64,000 nt of DNA from Klebsormidium nitens (taxonomy: Eukaryota > Plantae > Klebsormidiophyceae). The position numbers and the translations under genes are program-made. A model generated the notes under the pieces. The model was given only the letters and a program-made list of their open reading frames with translations, was not told the origin of the DNA and did not search any database. Positions 1 to 11,100 of the stretch are shown piece after piece; position 1 is the first letter of the stretch, and each line of letters opens with the position of its first letter. The stretch lies in assembly GCA_000708835.1 (NCBI GenBank), contig DF237041.1:62001-126000 (forward strand), written 5' to 3'.

Positions 1-3000
1 GACTGCCGGGCTGTGGCCGTATGGACCCCCGATGCAGAACAGCAGAGCCGAGCAACCCTGCGCACGAGTAGCGATAGTCATACTTCGTATCGTGATCAAA
101 CGTGGTGCACTCGAAGCTTGAAATTCCCACGACCTTGCGGCTCGCGAATGGTTTTCAATGTCGAATGAGCAGGTTAGTGACCCCCCTTGGCTCTTCGATA
201 TTTTGTAAACATACAAAGCGGCAACGTACCCAACCGATTCTCGTCCAAAGCGCGTGCCACCATGCCAGTACGCGACTACTTTTAGGTGAAACAGCAGGGC
301 GTAGCACAGCAGAACGCACTCACCACAGAGGATCGCTTTCAGGAGTATGGGCAAGCGCATTTTGCACTTCGCAACACTTGAACCTGAAAGCTTCATACCA
401 AGGCACAATGCTCGGGGGAGGACTCTGAAGCCCGCTGCTAAGAAATCTTTCTGAGGCGTCTATTCACACACGTACACAGGGTTACAAAGTCATGCTCCCC
501 AAGACATCATCTTCTTCGGCAGACGGCTTGTACGAACTTACCGTATCTCCTGCGTCCGCAACTAGGTCGGCAAGTTGTTCGGACGTCAGGTCGCGCCCGC
601 GCTCGTCCAATACTACCTGACAATCGGTAGCAATTCTTCGCTGCATGCGAGCTTTTCTTGGTTTGAAGCACAGCAATAGATGAGTTCGCAAAACATTTCG
701 CAAGTAAGGAAAAAGTTCATCGTACTCTGTGCGAACATCCGGAGAAACCTTGAAGACGATGCAACATTCTCTGGTCTTTTCCCTTGACACCAAGACTGTA
801 ACAAAGGAGGCGGAGGATCCAATCCGCAAGGATGGACACTGGTTGGCCTTAATCTGTACTCCTGTCGAAAGGTGTCGGAAAGATCTGGTAGAACAATATC
901 TAGTGCATTCATCTTCTCCGTCTTTCCTCTTGATACGATTTGGAATCACCAAGGAGATGGATGTCGTCGTCGCAAGGAACAAACAACGAAAGCCGTGGAA
1001 TTTCGACGATAAATCTTTGTATCAACTGGCAGCTCATATCTGCTTGCTTATTATTGACACAAAAAACTTTGAACCATCAACAGAGGCCAAAGCAGAGGAC
1101 AGAGACTTCCTGTTAAACTTGCACCAACGATCTCGTTAGCTTCTTGCAAGTCCTCTCGCCACAAATTCTTCCTTTCACTCCACCTTCAACCTTCTCTTTC
1201 GTCTTCTCTGCTTTCCCCTGTAAATTCTATGCAACCTTTCAAGGTCGTAGTACTGACGAATTTTCGAAAGCACGGAAAAACGAATTAGGGACTCCACGTA
1301 CGCTCTTGCTCACCACATAGTCTCGAGGGGTAATGCTTTTGAGCACTCGTTCGCCCTCGCTCGCGACTTGGACGTCCGCATCTCTGCAGTGGGTCCACAC
1401 ATGTAATAGGATCATTCTGCAAGGCAACTCTTAGCTGCCGCCGACTGTTTGTGCGGAGTACGTCTTTGAGGGAATGGGTTGTTGAGAGGGTTCAGTGAAG
1501 GACAACTGACGTCCGCTTCCGAATACTTCTGACGAGCCAGCGTTTGAGAAACGAACGGACTCTCCATCAATAGTTTGGCTGGGTTTCCGGGTTCATTTGC
1601 GTGTAACGAGCTCCGAGAATGAAGAGCCGAAATAGTCCAGATCCTTCGAGTTGAACCAGCAAGTACTGCCTTGCGAATTGAAAGAACGAATCCCTGAATC
1701 GGGGTCGATCATAGCATGGGCAATAGCGCTGGGTAGGATGCAGCAAGGTGGCCGTTTGCATGAATGAAGGCCACATCGAGCCAATACTCAAAGAGGTTAA
1801 CTGGCGCCTTGTTCCTTTACCCCCCATACGCCAAATTGTGTGTGACTTTTTATGCTCCCGCAATTTAGACAAATCAATCCGACTTCGTCAAGCCAACTGA
1901 CAACATAACCAACAAACTCAGTCAAAAGTCGGAAAGCTGCTTGAGGCATGGGTTAGCCCTTTCCAACAGTGTCTATTTCTGAAGTCTTTTTTCACGGCCG
2001 AGCGAACAATCCATTCTTTGCACCCCTTTTGATGCAACATGTTCTAAAATGATGACAACTGCTGGACTTTTAACATGAGTCCCACGAAACCAACTGTGAA
2101 CAGGAGTGGCGGCCTCACGGAGTGTGTTTTGGGTTGGGCCGAATCACCAGCTCCTCAAATGTGCAGTAGCGCCGGATCTTCTCAGCATACTCTTTCGCTA
2201 GCAGCTGTCCTGGCCCGGCACCTGCTTTGGCTACTGACACCACCCGGATAGGGAGAGCTTTCTGGAGAGTGGCAAAGAAAAGGCAGTGTCAATCTTGACA
2301 GACAGGAGCCAGCGCTAGCTGAGTGTCTTTAGAGCTTGGCCGATCTCAGCAGCCCCCAAAACAAAGCCTATATCGACCACACTTTAACAAAAAGACCATC
2401 AGTAGCAGAACACTCTACCATGGAGCAGTGCTGACAATGGAAACTTCTTCAAGAATCTGCCACTTATTTCAAACTGGTTTTAAGCAACCACAGCCTCCTT
2501 AAATTTGCTGGGTTTCCATCCAATCAGAACCAAGAATCATGAATAGAAGTACTGCTGTCTGGCTGTATATGGAAGTTTGAAGGCAGAGCCTTGTTCAACT
2601 TTCTCTTATGTCGCCAAATTTGGGAAGTTCCATCTTCTGAGGTGACTATTATTGATGACAATAAAGTTGCCGAATGGGGCCCCAGGACCAAGATTGGAGA
2701 TGGGATTGAATCCGGACTCGTCGACAGCACATGTACAGAATTCAGATGGTCAACCTGCTTCCGCCAGCACACTCAAAGCGTGTGCTGAGAACTGAGTACA
2801 TGTGGCAAAATGAATAAGGAACTTTTCACCGGGCGAATCTGCCACTAGCAGCTTACGGCCTGGTAAGAGGGCAGGTTACGGAAAGGTGGGGCCAGGAAGC
2901 CTGAGCGAAGAGGCACACTGTAAGGGACTCAGAAGAAGGAAAAAGAACCCCTATCAGTGCACTTACTGCTGAGCGAGCCTTGCTCTGCCGCTCCTCTTTG

Positions 3001-3088
3001 CTGGTCCCTTCTCGCTTGGCAGCTGCTCCACCGGAGAGCCAAGATCATTTGGAGAATGATACGAAAGGGTAATCAAAGTCACTACCAT
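1..3088 (-). CDS. rlmH: RlmH-family SPOUT rRNA methyltransferase (organellar), 3' end runs off the window
   Basis: Exons with GT-AG ends and matching phases: 2119-2261 (KALPIRVVSVAKAGAGPGQLLAKEYAEKIRRYCTFEELVIRPNPKHT), 1314-1383 (DADVQVASEGERVLKSITPRDYV), 542-616 (VVLDERGRDLTSEQLADLVADAGDT), 1-57 (GCSALLFCIGGPYGHSPAV). LDERG and FCIGGPYG are RlmH hallmarks. The 5' exons 2967-3088 and 2857-2917 are phase-compatible but tentative. Confidence 0.9.
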
Positions 3089-4172
3089 CTTACTCTTTGG
3101 AGTGGTGGTGCGTTGCGAGGATTTGTAGGCAGGAAGATTCCAGAATCGTTCAGTGGTGTACTATCTCCAATGAATTGAGTTCATTCGTCATTTGCAAGCT
3201 CAGCATTGCCGATGTTACGAATTGCACGATTATGTCATGCATAGCTTGAGTAGATGTGAATAAAGAGCTCACCTGTTATGAAGCGATTTCTCTTTCTTAT
3301 GAGACTTCTTCTCTGACCATGCCTAAGCAAGGAACCACTAAATTCTCCCGCAAACTGCGGTGCAAGTTCAGGCCTCTTGAGCTTCGAAAGCAGACTGTCA
3401 TGATCGCACGAGTAGCAGAACGGAGAGAGTGCCTGCCCGCTGACTGTCCTGAGCTGCATCAAGCGTGGCTCCTGAATAAGTTCTTGCCCCTCAACGGCTC
3501 CTTCCTGCGCTCTTAAGTCCTTTTTCCTGCACCCTTGCACGATAAGAAATGCTAACTAAGTTCTTAGGTACGTCCTGCAATGCCAAGCAGCCGCAATGCA
3601 GCATTGCAATTTGCAGCGCCCGGCCTTTTGAGAGAATCTGTCAAGCTTTCAAATTGAATATGTACTAAAATTGTAGCGATCTGGTTCTGAAAACTGTGTG
3701 TCTTCGAGGGGGGACTTCTGTATCCTCAATATGATCCCCCTGAATCGCATGAAGTTCGGCCATTGGCTTGCCCACGCTGTTCCCGTGAACCACGTAGAAT
3801 ACTCTGACGAGCTTCCAAACCGTCGATGACCTCGCAAAAGTTGCAAGCGTCGTCCGATATGCTTACGAAAGATGTCGCGTCGCATACCGCCTATCTCTCA
3901 ATGTGCAGTGTACTGTGTCACTGTGCGCCAACTCAATCTGTGGCATGCCATTGCAAGTTGCAACACAGCCAGCTGGGGAGTGGAAGCATTGTAGCTCTGG
4001 ATTGTTGAGCAGATCGAAGCAGCGTTCTTCTACCAATCTGCCAATGTACCATACAGCATTGGATTCGGAAGCTCGACGTGCCACTCAAGGTGGCGGAAAC
4101 AACAACAACACAAGGACAGCAGTTTATTCAAATGTGGCTTTCATGAGCAGCTGCGAAGTGGATGAATGAACA

Positions 4173-7100
4173 ATGGAGATTGATGAGGATGCAGTAATGC
4201 ACAAAGTTCCAAGCTCAGAACTTTCAAAGGAGCCTCAAACTCAAGGAGATGCTGCTTCTACGGGCCTGTCTTCTGATATGGAGTGCAGAATTGCCGATTT
4301 CCCCCCTCCTGACCATGATATCAACAGTAGAAACTTGTCTGAAACATTCCACCAGACCCTGGTGATCAGATCAGCACCAGGGGATAGAGACCCCGGTCAT
4401 GCTCTGCCAGAACCACAATGCTGCGCCGCTAATTGCTCGCTCCCCTCCAGCCCAATCAGCTCTCCAGATATCAATTCTGTTATCAACGACCCTGCTAGCT
4501 CCCAATTCAAATGGATTCACATTGTAGCGCTCCTTTCAAAAGCGGACTGGTGCGTCCTGCTAGGCTTAGCTGGCGCCATTGCATTCCTCCACATTGCTGG
4601 CTGGTTCATTCTGATTGCTCTAGTTATTCCACACCACTACCAACTGGGAGATAAGCAGGGCGTGTTTGGCGTTGGGCTCGGAATCACTGCCTACACTTTG
4701 GGGATGCGCCACGCCTTTGATGCGGACCACATTGCGGCGATTGACAACACGACGAGGAAGTTGTTGGCGGACGGCAAGCGGCCGCTGTCAGTCGGGTTCT
4801 GGTTCTCGCTGGGGCACAGCAGTGTGGTGTTCATCGCATCATTGGTTATAATGTGAGCGCTTCTTACTAACATTCATAATGCCAAGGAATCTTTATTTAA
4901 AAAGTATCTGATTCTTGACTGTTGAAGGTTCAAAATGATCACTTGTCAATTGCTACTCAGTGATTGTTGTCCATGTATGAGCAATCACATCCTTTACTAA
5001 GAGCTTTCTCATTCAGGCCAAGCGCTTGCTCTCCCTTTCTTGCAGGTCCAACATGTAGAGCTCTTTGGCCATGACCGAGGAAACAGTAACGCTTTCCCAC
5101 CTAGCTTGAAAAGCTCCCTGTAATACTTGTCACCTCCTTTCTCAAAACATTCCACTCTCATTTCCCAGACTCGGTATCCAGGGCTTCACCTCCTCAGTCG
5201 AGAACGACGACTCCTCCCTACACAAGTGGACCGGCATCATAGGCGCCTCCGTCTCGGGGATCTTCCTCTGTGTCATCGGTCTGCTGAACCTTGCGGTTCT
5301 CATCCAAATTGTGCGGGTGTTCCGGAGAATGCGGGCTGGGGACTACAGTGAACCTGAACTAGAGAAGGAACTAGATAAGCGAGGTTTTCTGAACCGGATC
5401 TTGGGACGGGTGGCGGGGCTAGTGCGCTCGTCATGGCATATGTGAGTTGCTTCGACTTCCTGTCTTCCTCTCTTAATCTCCCAGTTCCACTAATTACTAG
5501 TTTTACTGTGAGTCGCTGAGCGTTATTGCGTGGAACTTTCGGTGCCCATTGTGAATGCTTGACAGCCTGAAGGTTTGAGTTTGGCTACTGGGTTTGAGCT
5601 CTTCTGTCTACGAACAAGTGTACAGACTCGAGATAAAGTCCAGTGTGTTTCCTTTTGTCGTCACTGGTATTGCGTCTCCTCAGAAGTCAAACACCGGGGA
5701 ACTTCCAGGACAAGTAGAGCACATAGCAGGCAACTAAGGACAGGATCTTTGCCAGGTTCGCCCCGAATCTGCTTAACCCATGTGCCCGTTTCCCACAGGT
5801 ATCCTCTGGGCTTCCTTTTCGGGCTCGGCTTCGACACCGCAACCGAAGTCGTGCTTCTATCCATTCCGGTAACTAACTTCAATCAGTGGCATATCCATCT
5901 GCCAAGTCTCCACTACGTTCGGTAGTGGCTAACCTATTTGCCAGGTAACCCTTGGGCTTTCTTTCGGGTTAATCTTCGACGCGCCACCAAGTCACGCTTC
6001 TGTACCTCGCGGTCGGTTCCCTACCCAGCTTCTAAACCATCTGTCCATTTCCCCAGGTACCCCCTGGGCTTCCTTTTCGGGTTAGGCTTCGACACCGCCA
6101 CCGAGGTCGCGCTTCTATTCCTCGCGGCCGGCGCTGCTACAAGCTCCATCCCCTGGTACGCCGCACTATGCCTGCCGACGCTCTTTGCCGCCGGCATGAC
6201 GCTTCTCGACACCGTCGACGGCGCGTGCATGCGGTTTGCGTACGGGTGGGCCTTCTCGCGCCCCGTTCGCAAGGTGAGAACGGTCCGCTGTGCTTCTCCG
6301 TTTCGTCCTTACATCTTCGAACATATTCTGCCCGCCTTTCTCCCTCAGATAATGCTGTATGTGAAACAGGCGCCGCTCGATATGCATCTCGTTTGCAGCC
6401 TGCCAGGTCTGAAAGATGTTGCTCAGCGGCTCAATCCTTTGCCGAGTTAAGGGGGCATCCGTGAGATCTGCACAGACTTTGAAGGGGTGGTGACAGGAAA
6501 AGGAAGTTCAACGGCAGAACGAAGATACTTTCTTTCCCACTTGAGCGATTATAGAAATTTGTATATGCAGAGTTCCAGGCCGTCAGGTGATCAGTGGGCT
6601 GGAATTCCGCAGTTCTTCACTCTTTCGTTTAGGCCTCGCAACATTCGTACGCCGTGCTGATTTTGGACTTGTTACTATCGTTACGCTCCTGCTTGTATAA
6701 TCAACGGTCTTTACGTGGTAAGTGTCTACTCCTGCTTTTGAAATCGGCAGTCCTGATGTGCAGATCTACTACAACATCGTGATTACCAGCTTGTCCGTCG
6801 CTGTTGCCCTCGGCGTCGGCATGCTAGAACTTACGCAGGCAAGCCCTCGACTTTACTCGCTGTCAGCCTTGCGACCAGTCTATCAGTCTCATGTCGTGCT
6901 GACCGCCGAAGTAGCACGTCCAGAGGTATTGTTAGCCTTTGTGAAAATGACCAACTACTGTAGGCTATAAAGTGTTCTACGAAGAACTTCTGTTCTCGAC
7001 AAGTCTGCTCAAATCACACGAAGGCAGTCAACGCCCAAGATTACCCGAGGCTCTTACGTCTTATTTTCTCTCTTCAACTCAGTTGCTATCGAGTCTTACT

Positions 7101-7606
7101 CAGCGTATCGTTTCCAAAGACAATCGACAGTTGAAAAGTTTTTCGTACCTCAGAAGCGTAAGATTGCACATGCTTCGAATTGGACAGAAAACGATTCATC
7201 GGACTATCCTTTGGCAGTCGCCCAGACAGGCATGCTGGGGGCCCCGTAAACAAACCTTTCAAACTGCTCAAATACATGCTACAAGGATAATCTCTCCGTG
7301 CAGGTATTGATTGAGGAGGCCAACTTAGGGGGCGCCTTCTTCTCGGGCATCGCGTCTGTGAACCTGAATACTGTGGGGTACGTAATTGTAGGCATCTTTA
7401 TCTCAACTTGGATTCTAGCCGTTTTGTTATGGAGGGTCGGACGCTTCGAAGAAACTTGGACAGCGGTCCTTTCGGAGGCGCCTGATGACGGGTTGGACAA
7501 ACCAGACTACGAAGTACATTCTATGGATATGGAGTCGTCTTTAGAAGCAGGTGAAAGCCGAAGCAGGGCATTGGAGCCGCCAATGACCAGGGTCGGCACG
7601 AGTTGA
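4173..7606 (+). CDS. NiCoT-family (HoxN/NixA/NicT) high-affinity nickel/cobalt permease
   Basis: Exons 4173-4852, 5169-5441, 6057-6273, 6764-6838 (GC donor), 7304-7606. Signature motifs RHAFDADHIAAID, GFWFSLGHSSVV, GFLFGLGFDTATE, LFAAGMTLLDTVDG, YGWAF..PVRKIYYN. About 115-aa low-complexity N-terminal extension. Confidence 0.93.
5799..6018 (+). repeat. Two extra intronic copies of the NiCoT exon-3 acceptor plus 5' coding sequence
   Basis: 5799-5868 (cag|G-YPLGFLFGLGFDTATEVVLL, intact) and 5945-~6018 (degenerate) duplicate the start of the real exon at 6057. Confidence 0.85.
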
Positions 7607-8110
7607 CACTTACAAGTGGACATGGGTTGATATAAATACGATCTGTTTGATGTTAAGAAAAGTGTTTCTGCCACATGTGCGGAAGTCACAGCTTCATGAT
7701 TCACATGCAACCGTCGTATTTTGGGCGGACGCCCATGCAGGCGCTCAATGCGCGCAGCTAGCGTTTAAGTTGGACGATCTGCCACGTCCAACTTCATATG
7801 CATGCAGCACATGTAACATCCTAGCCTGAGCAAGCAATTTTGTTTAATTGTCCTACGTACTTGCGGTCAATGATCATTGGTCATGCATCCGCCTGCAGGC
7901 ATGCATAAACGCTTTAAAGCCGACAAAATTGGGATGTGGCAGCATTGGTCAAAATACCATGGGAGATGCTTGATTGACAGGGATGCACGCCTCCTTACGT
8001 AGCTTGAACGGTCGATAAATTTACAGCCGCTCGATTTGGCCGGGCACAAGCCGGACCGTGTACACAAGCACGGTTTGCAGTTTATAACAGTGGGAGCACA
8101 AATATCTCAA

Positions 8111-11100
8111 TCACAAAACCCAACCGCCGTGCCCCATCCCCGGCCCTTGTCCTCCACCCCCATGACTATGGCCGTGATCATGTGAATGCCCCCCATGTGA
8201 ATGGCCCCCGTGTGAATGGCCCCCGTGTGAGTGATCGTGTTGGTGGGAATGGCCCCCGGCTTGGGCTTCGAACTGGCGGCGAACGTGCTCGGGGATCTCT
8301 ACCTTCCGGGGGGGAGGTCGAATGGTTGGGGACTGGGCCGAGACAAATGCGTGGATCTTCTTTGACAGCCACTCGGGCGCATCTTCCTGTACGAAGAGTA
8401 GGACGGGACGGTTTCTCAATATCCATTGACAGGAAGTACACGTGACAATTCCTTTACGGAAAGTGGGGGGAAATTTCTTAACGAGAAGGGCCTCGATGAA
8501 GGAATTAGGCTGGATTTAAAATGCAATAAAAACGCAGAAAACGACCGTCTAGCCGCTTGGCTAAGTCAGGCAGCAGATCGTGCGAGAGAGTTCCAAGGAG
8601 ACTCTATCAGCACCCAGTTCGAGCTCCACAAAGACTGCTCCTAACCAAAGCACCCAATCGACAAATGGACTTCGAAGTGAAGACTCGACTGCTTTCTTGG
8701 TGACAGCTGTACTTGCTGAAGTTTGTGCTGCTGCAGGATCCGGTTGATGAAGCTCAGAGCTCTGAGGGGTTGGCAATACCCAAAAGGGCGTCGAGAAGGG
8801 ACGTACCTGCGGCCAGCTTCCGCTACTGGACGGCCAGTCGTCGTCACCCTCCGAGAACAACTGCAGCACCAGAAGCAAGAAGAACACTTTGATCTGAAGT
8901 AGTGGTCGTTACAAGCGAGAATAAGACTTCGATTGAAGAGTATCGCTGTTCCACGCAGCACACGTCAACATGAACTTCGGCATAGCAAAGCGGAAAGGCC
9001 TAAGTCTGTCGGGTGAAGGGTTGCGAGGACCCGGACACCAAGAGTTACGTGACACAAGTGCAAGCCAGCGAAAGCGGCGGCTTCCAGACGGCTTTCAAGT
9101 AAAGATGACAAGCTGCCACAGTAACAATACGCCTCGACAACACTGGGATCCTAAACCTGACATGTTCCACCTCCGTACCATGGTATACCTCAAAAAAGAT
9201 CTGCCCGTCTGAATGCGATGACCTTGAGCTTTTACCTTCGCTTGATCGTTTTGCTCGACATCCGGCCCTTTAGACGAAGTAAAGGAGCATCACTATCCAG
9301 GAAGCAGAAAGCCGAGCAAGCGCGAGTCGAGATGAAATGATTAGTGCTCAGCCGTACTCTTTAAAGCATACACTGTATGATCTGTTGTGCCATCTCAATA
9401 GCAGCCTAGTCACCACACTAAAGCTCAACAAGATTCGCCCAAGGTGCACAGGAAACAAAGCAGTCACCTCGAAGGGCACATAAGAAGTCCGCTTAGAGGC
9501 ATATAAGCAAAGCAGTCACCTTGATGAGCGCACGAGCAATCATCTCAGAGCGGATATAAGCAGTCACCTCGAAGGGCGTGTCCACCAGGTTATCGCTCAA
9601 ATCGTTCCACAGCTGCTGACCGCTCGTCACCTCGGACCCATTCAGCGCCTGCGCCGCAGTCCGGAACGCCTGCGGACAGAAAGCACAGAGTGGAAGACGT
9701 AAGACATGAGAACTCCCAACTTTTGTCGAATCGGGTCTTTCGATTGATAGAAACGTGTACATGCTGAGCAGGCATTTGCAGAGATAAGTGCCACGTAATT
9801 GTACATGATTGTGGAGAGAATTGCGTTTTCATTCAGCAAGCACCGTGGAAGGAGTGCATAATAAATCGTTCAAGTGGCTATTCCCTGGACAGCCCTGCTT
9901 GCTGACATCAATTTATATCCGCATCATACTTCTACTGCCAGGTTCTGGTGCTCGCAATGGCTGGGAATCAACCAATATGATAGGAGGACCCAGCTCGCAT
10001 GCAAACAGTACCCGCAGACAATCGTACCCTCCTTCATAACCAAAAGTTTCCGCATCCACTGAGTGCATTTCTGACTACACTCACTGCTGGCACCGTGGTC
10101 TAACACCTTCTTCTTTGGGTCCTAGGGACCCAGGGATAGGTACGAGAGTAAGTCCACGTCTCACCGTTAGCCCATTCTCACGCCGCAGCAGGTGTGCGTA
10201 CGCCTCCGCCACCTGGCGGCTGATACTTCGTGAGCAGCAACTGCAATGTGCGGAGAGAGTTCTTATCCAACTAGTAGCTTGCGACACTGCCACCGTGACA
10301 ATTCGAGCATAGCCAAAACAAAGGTTCAAAGGCGGCCGTCAGACAGGGAGTGAACCAAGGCTCTGTACCCGTGAAAGCAGTGACTCCGAACCTTCTCGCT
10401 GGCGTGCTCCAATTCGAGGGGCCACGTTCGAACACAAAATCAGGCCGGAAAATAGCTTACCAGATAAGTTGTACCATACAGACACACAACGGTCCGCCCT
10501 CCAGAGCATTTGTCCGCATTCGAGTTCTCAGAGGTATCCATTTTTGCTGCTAATTCAAAGCAGTCTCGAAAAGTTGACACACGGACATCAAAGAACCACC
10601 CGGCAGGCACTTGCCTTCAAACCTAAGCCTGTGGGTCACTCACACGGCCGAGACGCAGCTTATTGAAGACTGTACAACTTGAGATTTTGGGTGGCTGCAA
10701 ACGACCGAGCCGCCTACGCCGCATTTGTTGTGTCCTAGCGTGCACTATTTTCTGCTGATCTGATCTTAGGGACACGTTCAAGCAGCAGCGCATTGCTCAA
10801 TTCACGTGTTGGCCGGATGCTCAAGATGCTCCAAATCTGATTCCAAAGCACGGCAATGAGCTCTCAAAGAAGAAGTGGCTGACCTCCGAAGCATCAGCTG
10901 CATCGCCCAGGGCAACGCCGTGACTGCCGCCGTGACAGCTGGCACCTGCACTAGAAGAGGAGCCGTCAAACAGCAAGCGGAAAGCAAGAAACCGAGATGG
11001 CGAAGAGAGTGGGACACCTTCAGCGCCTCGATCGTGGACCTGCTCACGAAGTTTTTTGACCTTGGCCTGGAAGTAAAGGGGAAACCCGGCGAGTACTGAC

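Noticed and set aside
729-1139. 136-aa plus-strand ORF with a faint resemblance to DHH/prune motifs (LLIIDTKNF)
   Set aside because: It lies antisense within an RlmH intron, has no supporting exons, and the similarity is too short.
4173-8419. Nickel system made of NiCoT plus a neighbouring His-rich 'metallochaperone'
   Set aside because: The His-rich ORF at 8111-8419 is the last exon of the AXR4-like gene, whose land-plant homologue also has a His-rich tail. No urease, hydrogenase or UreE/G/HypB genes are present in the window.
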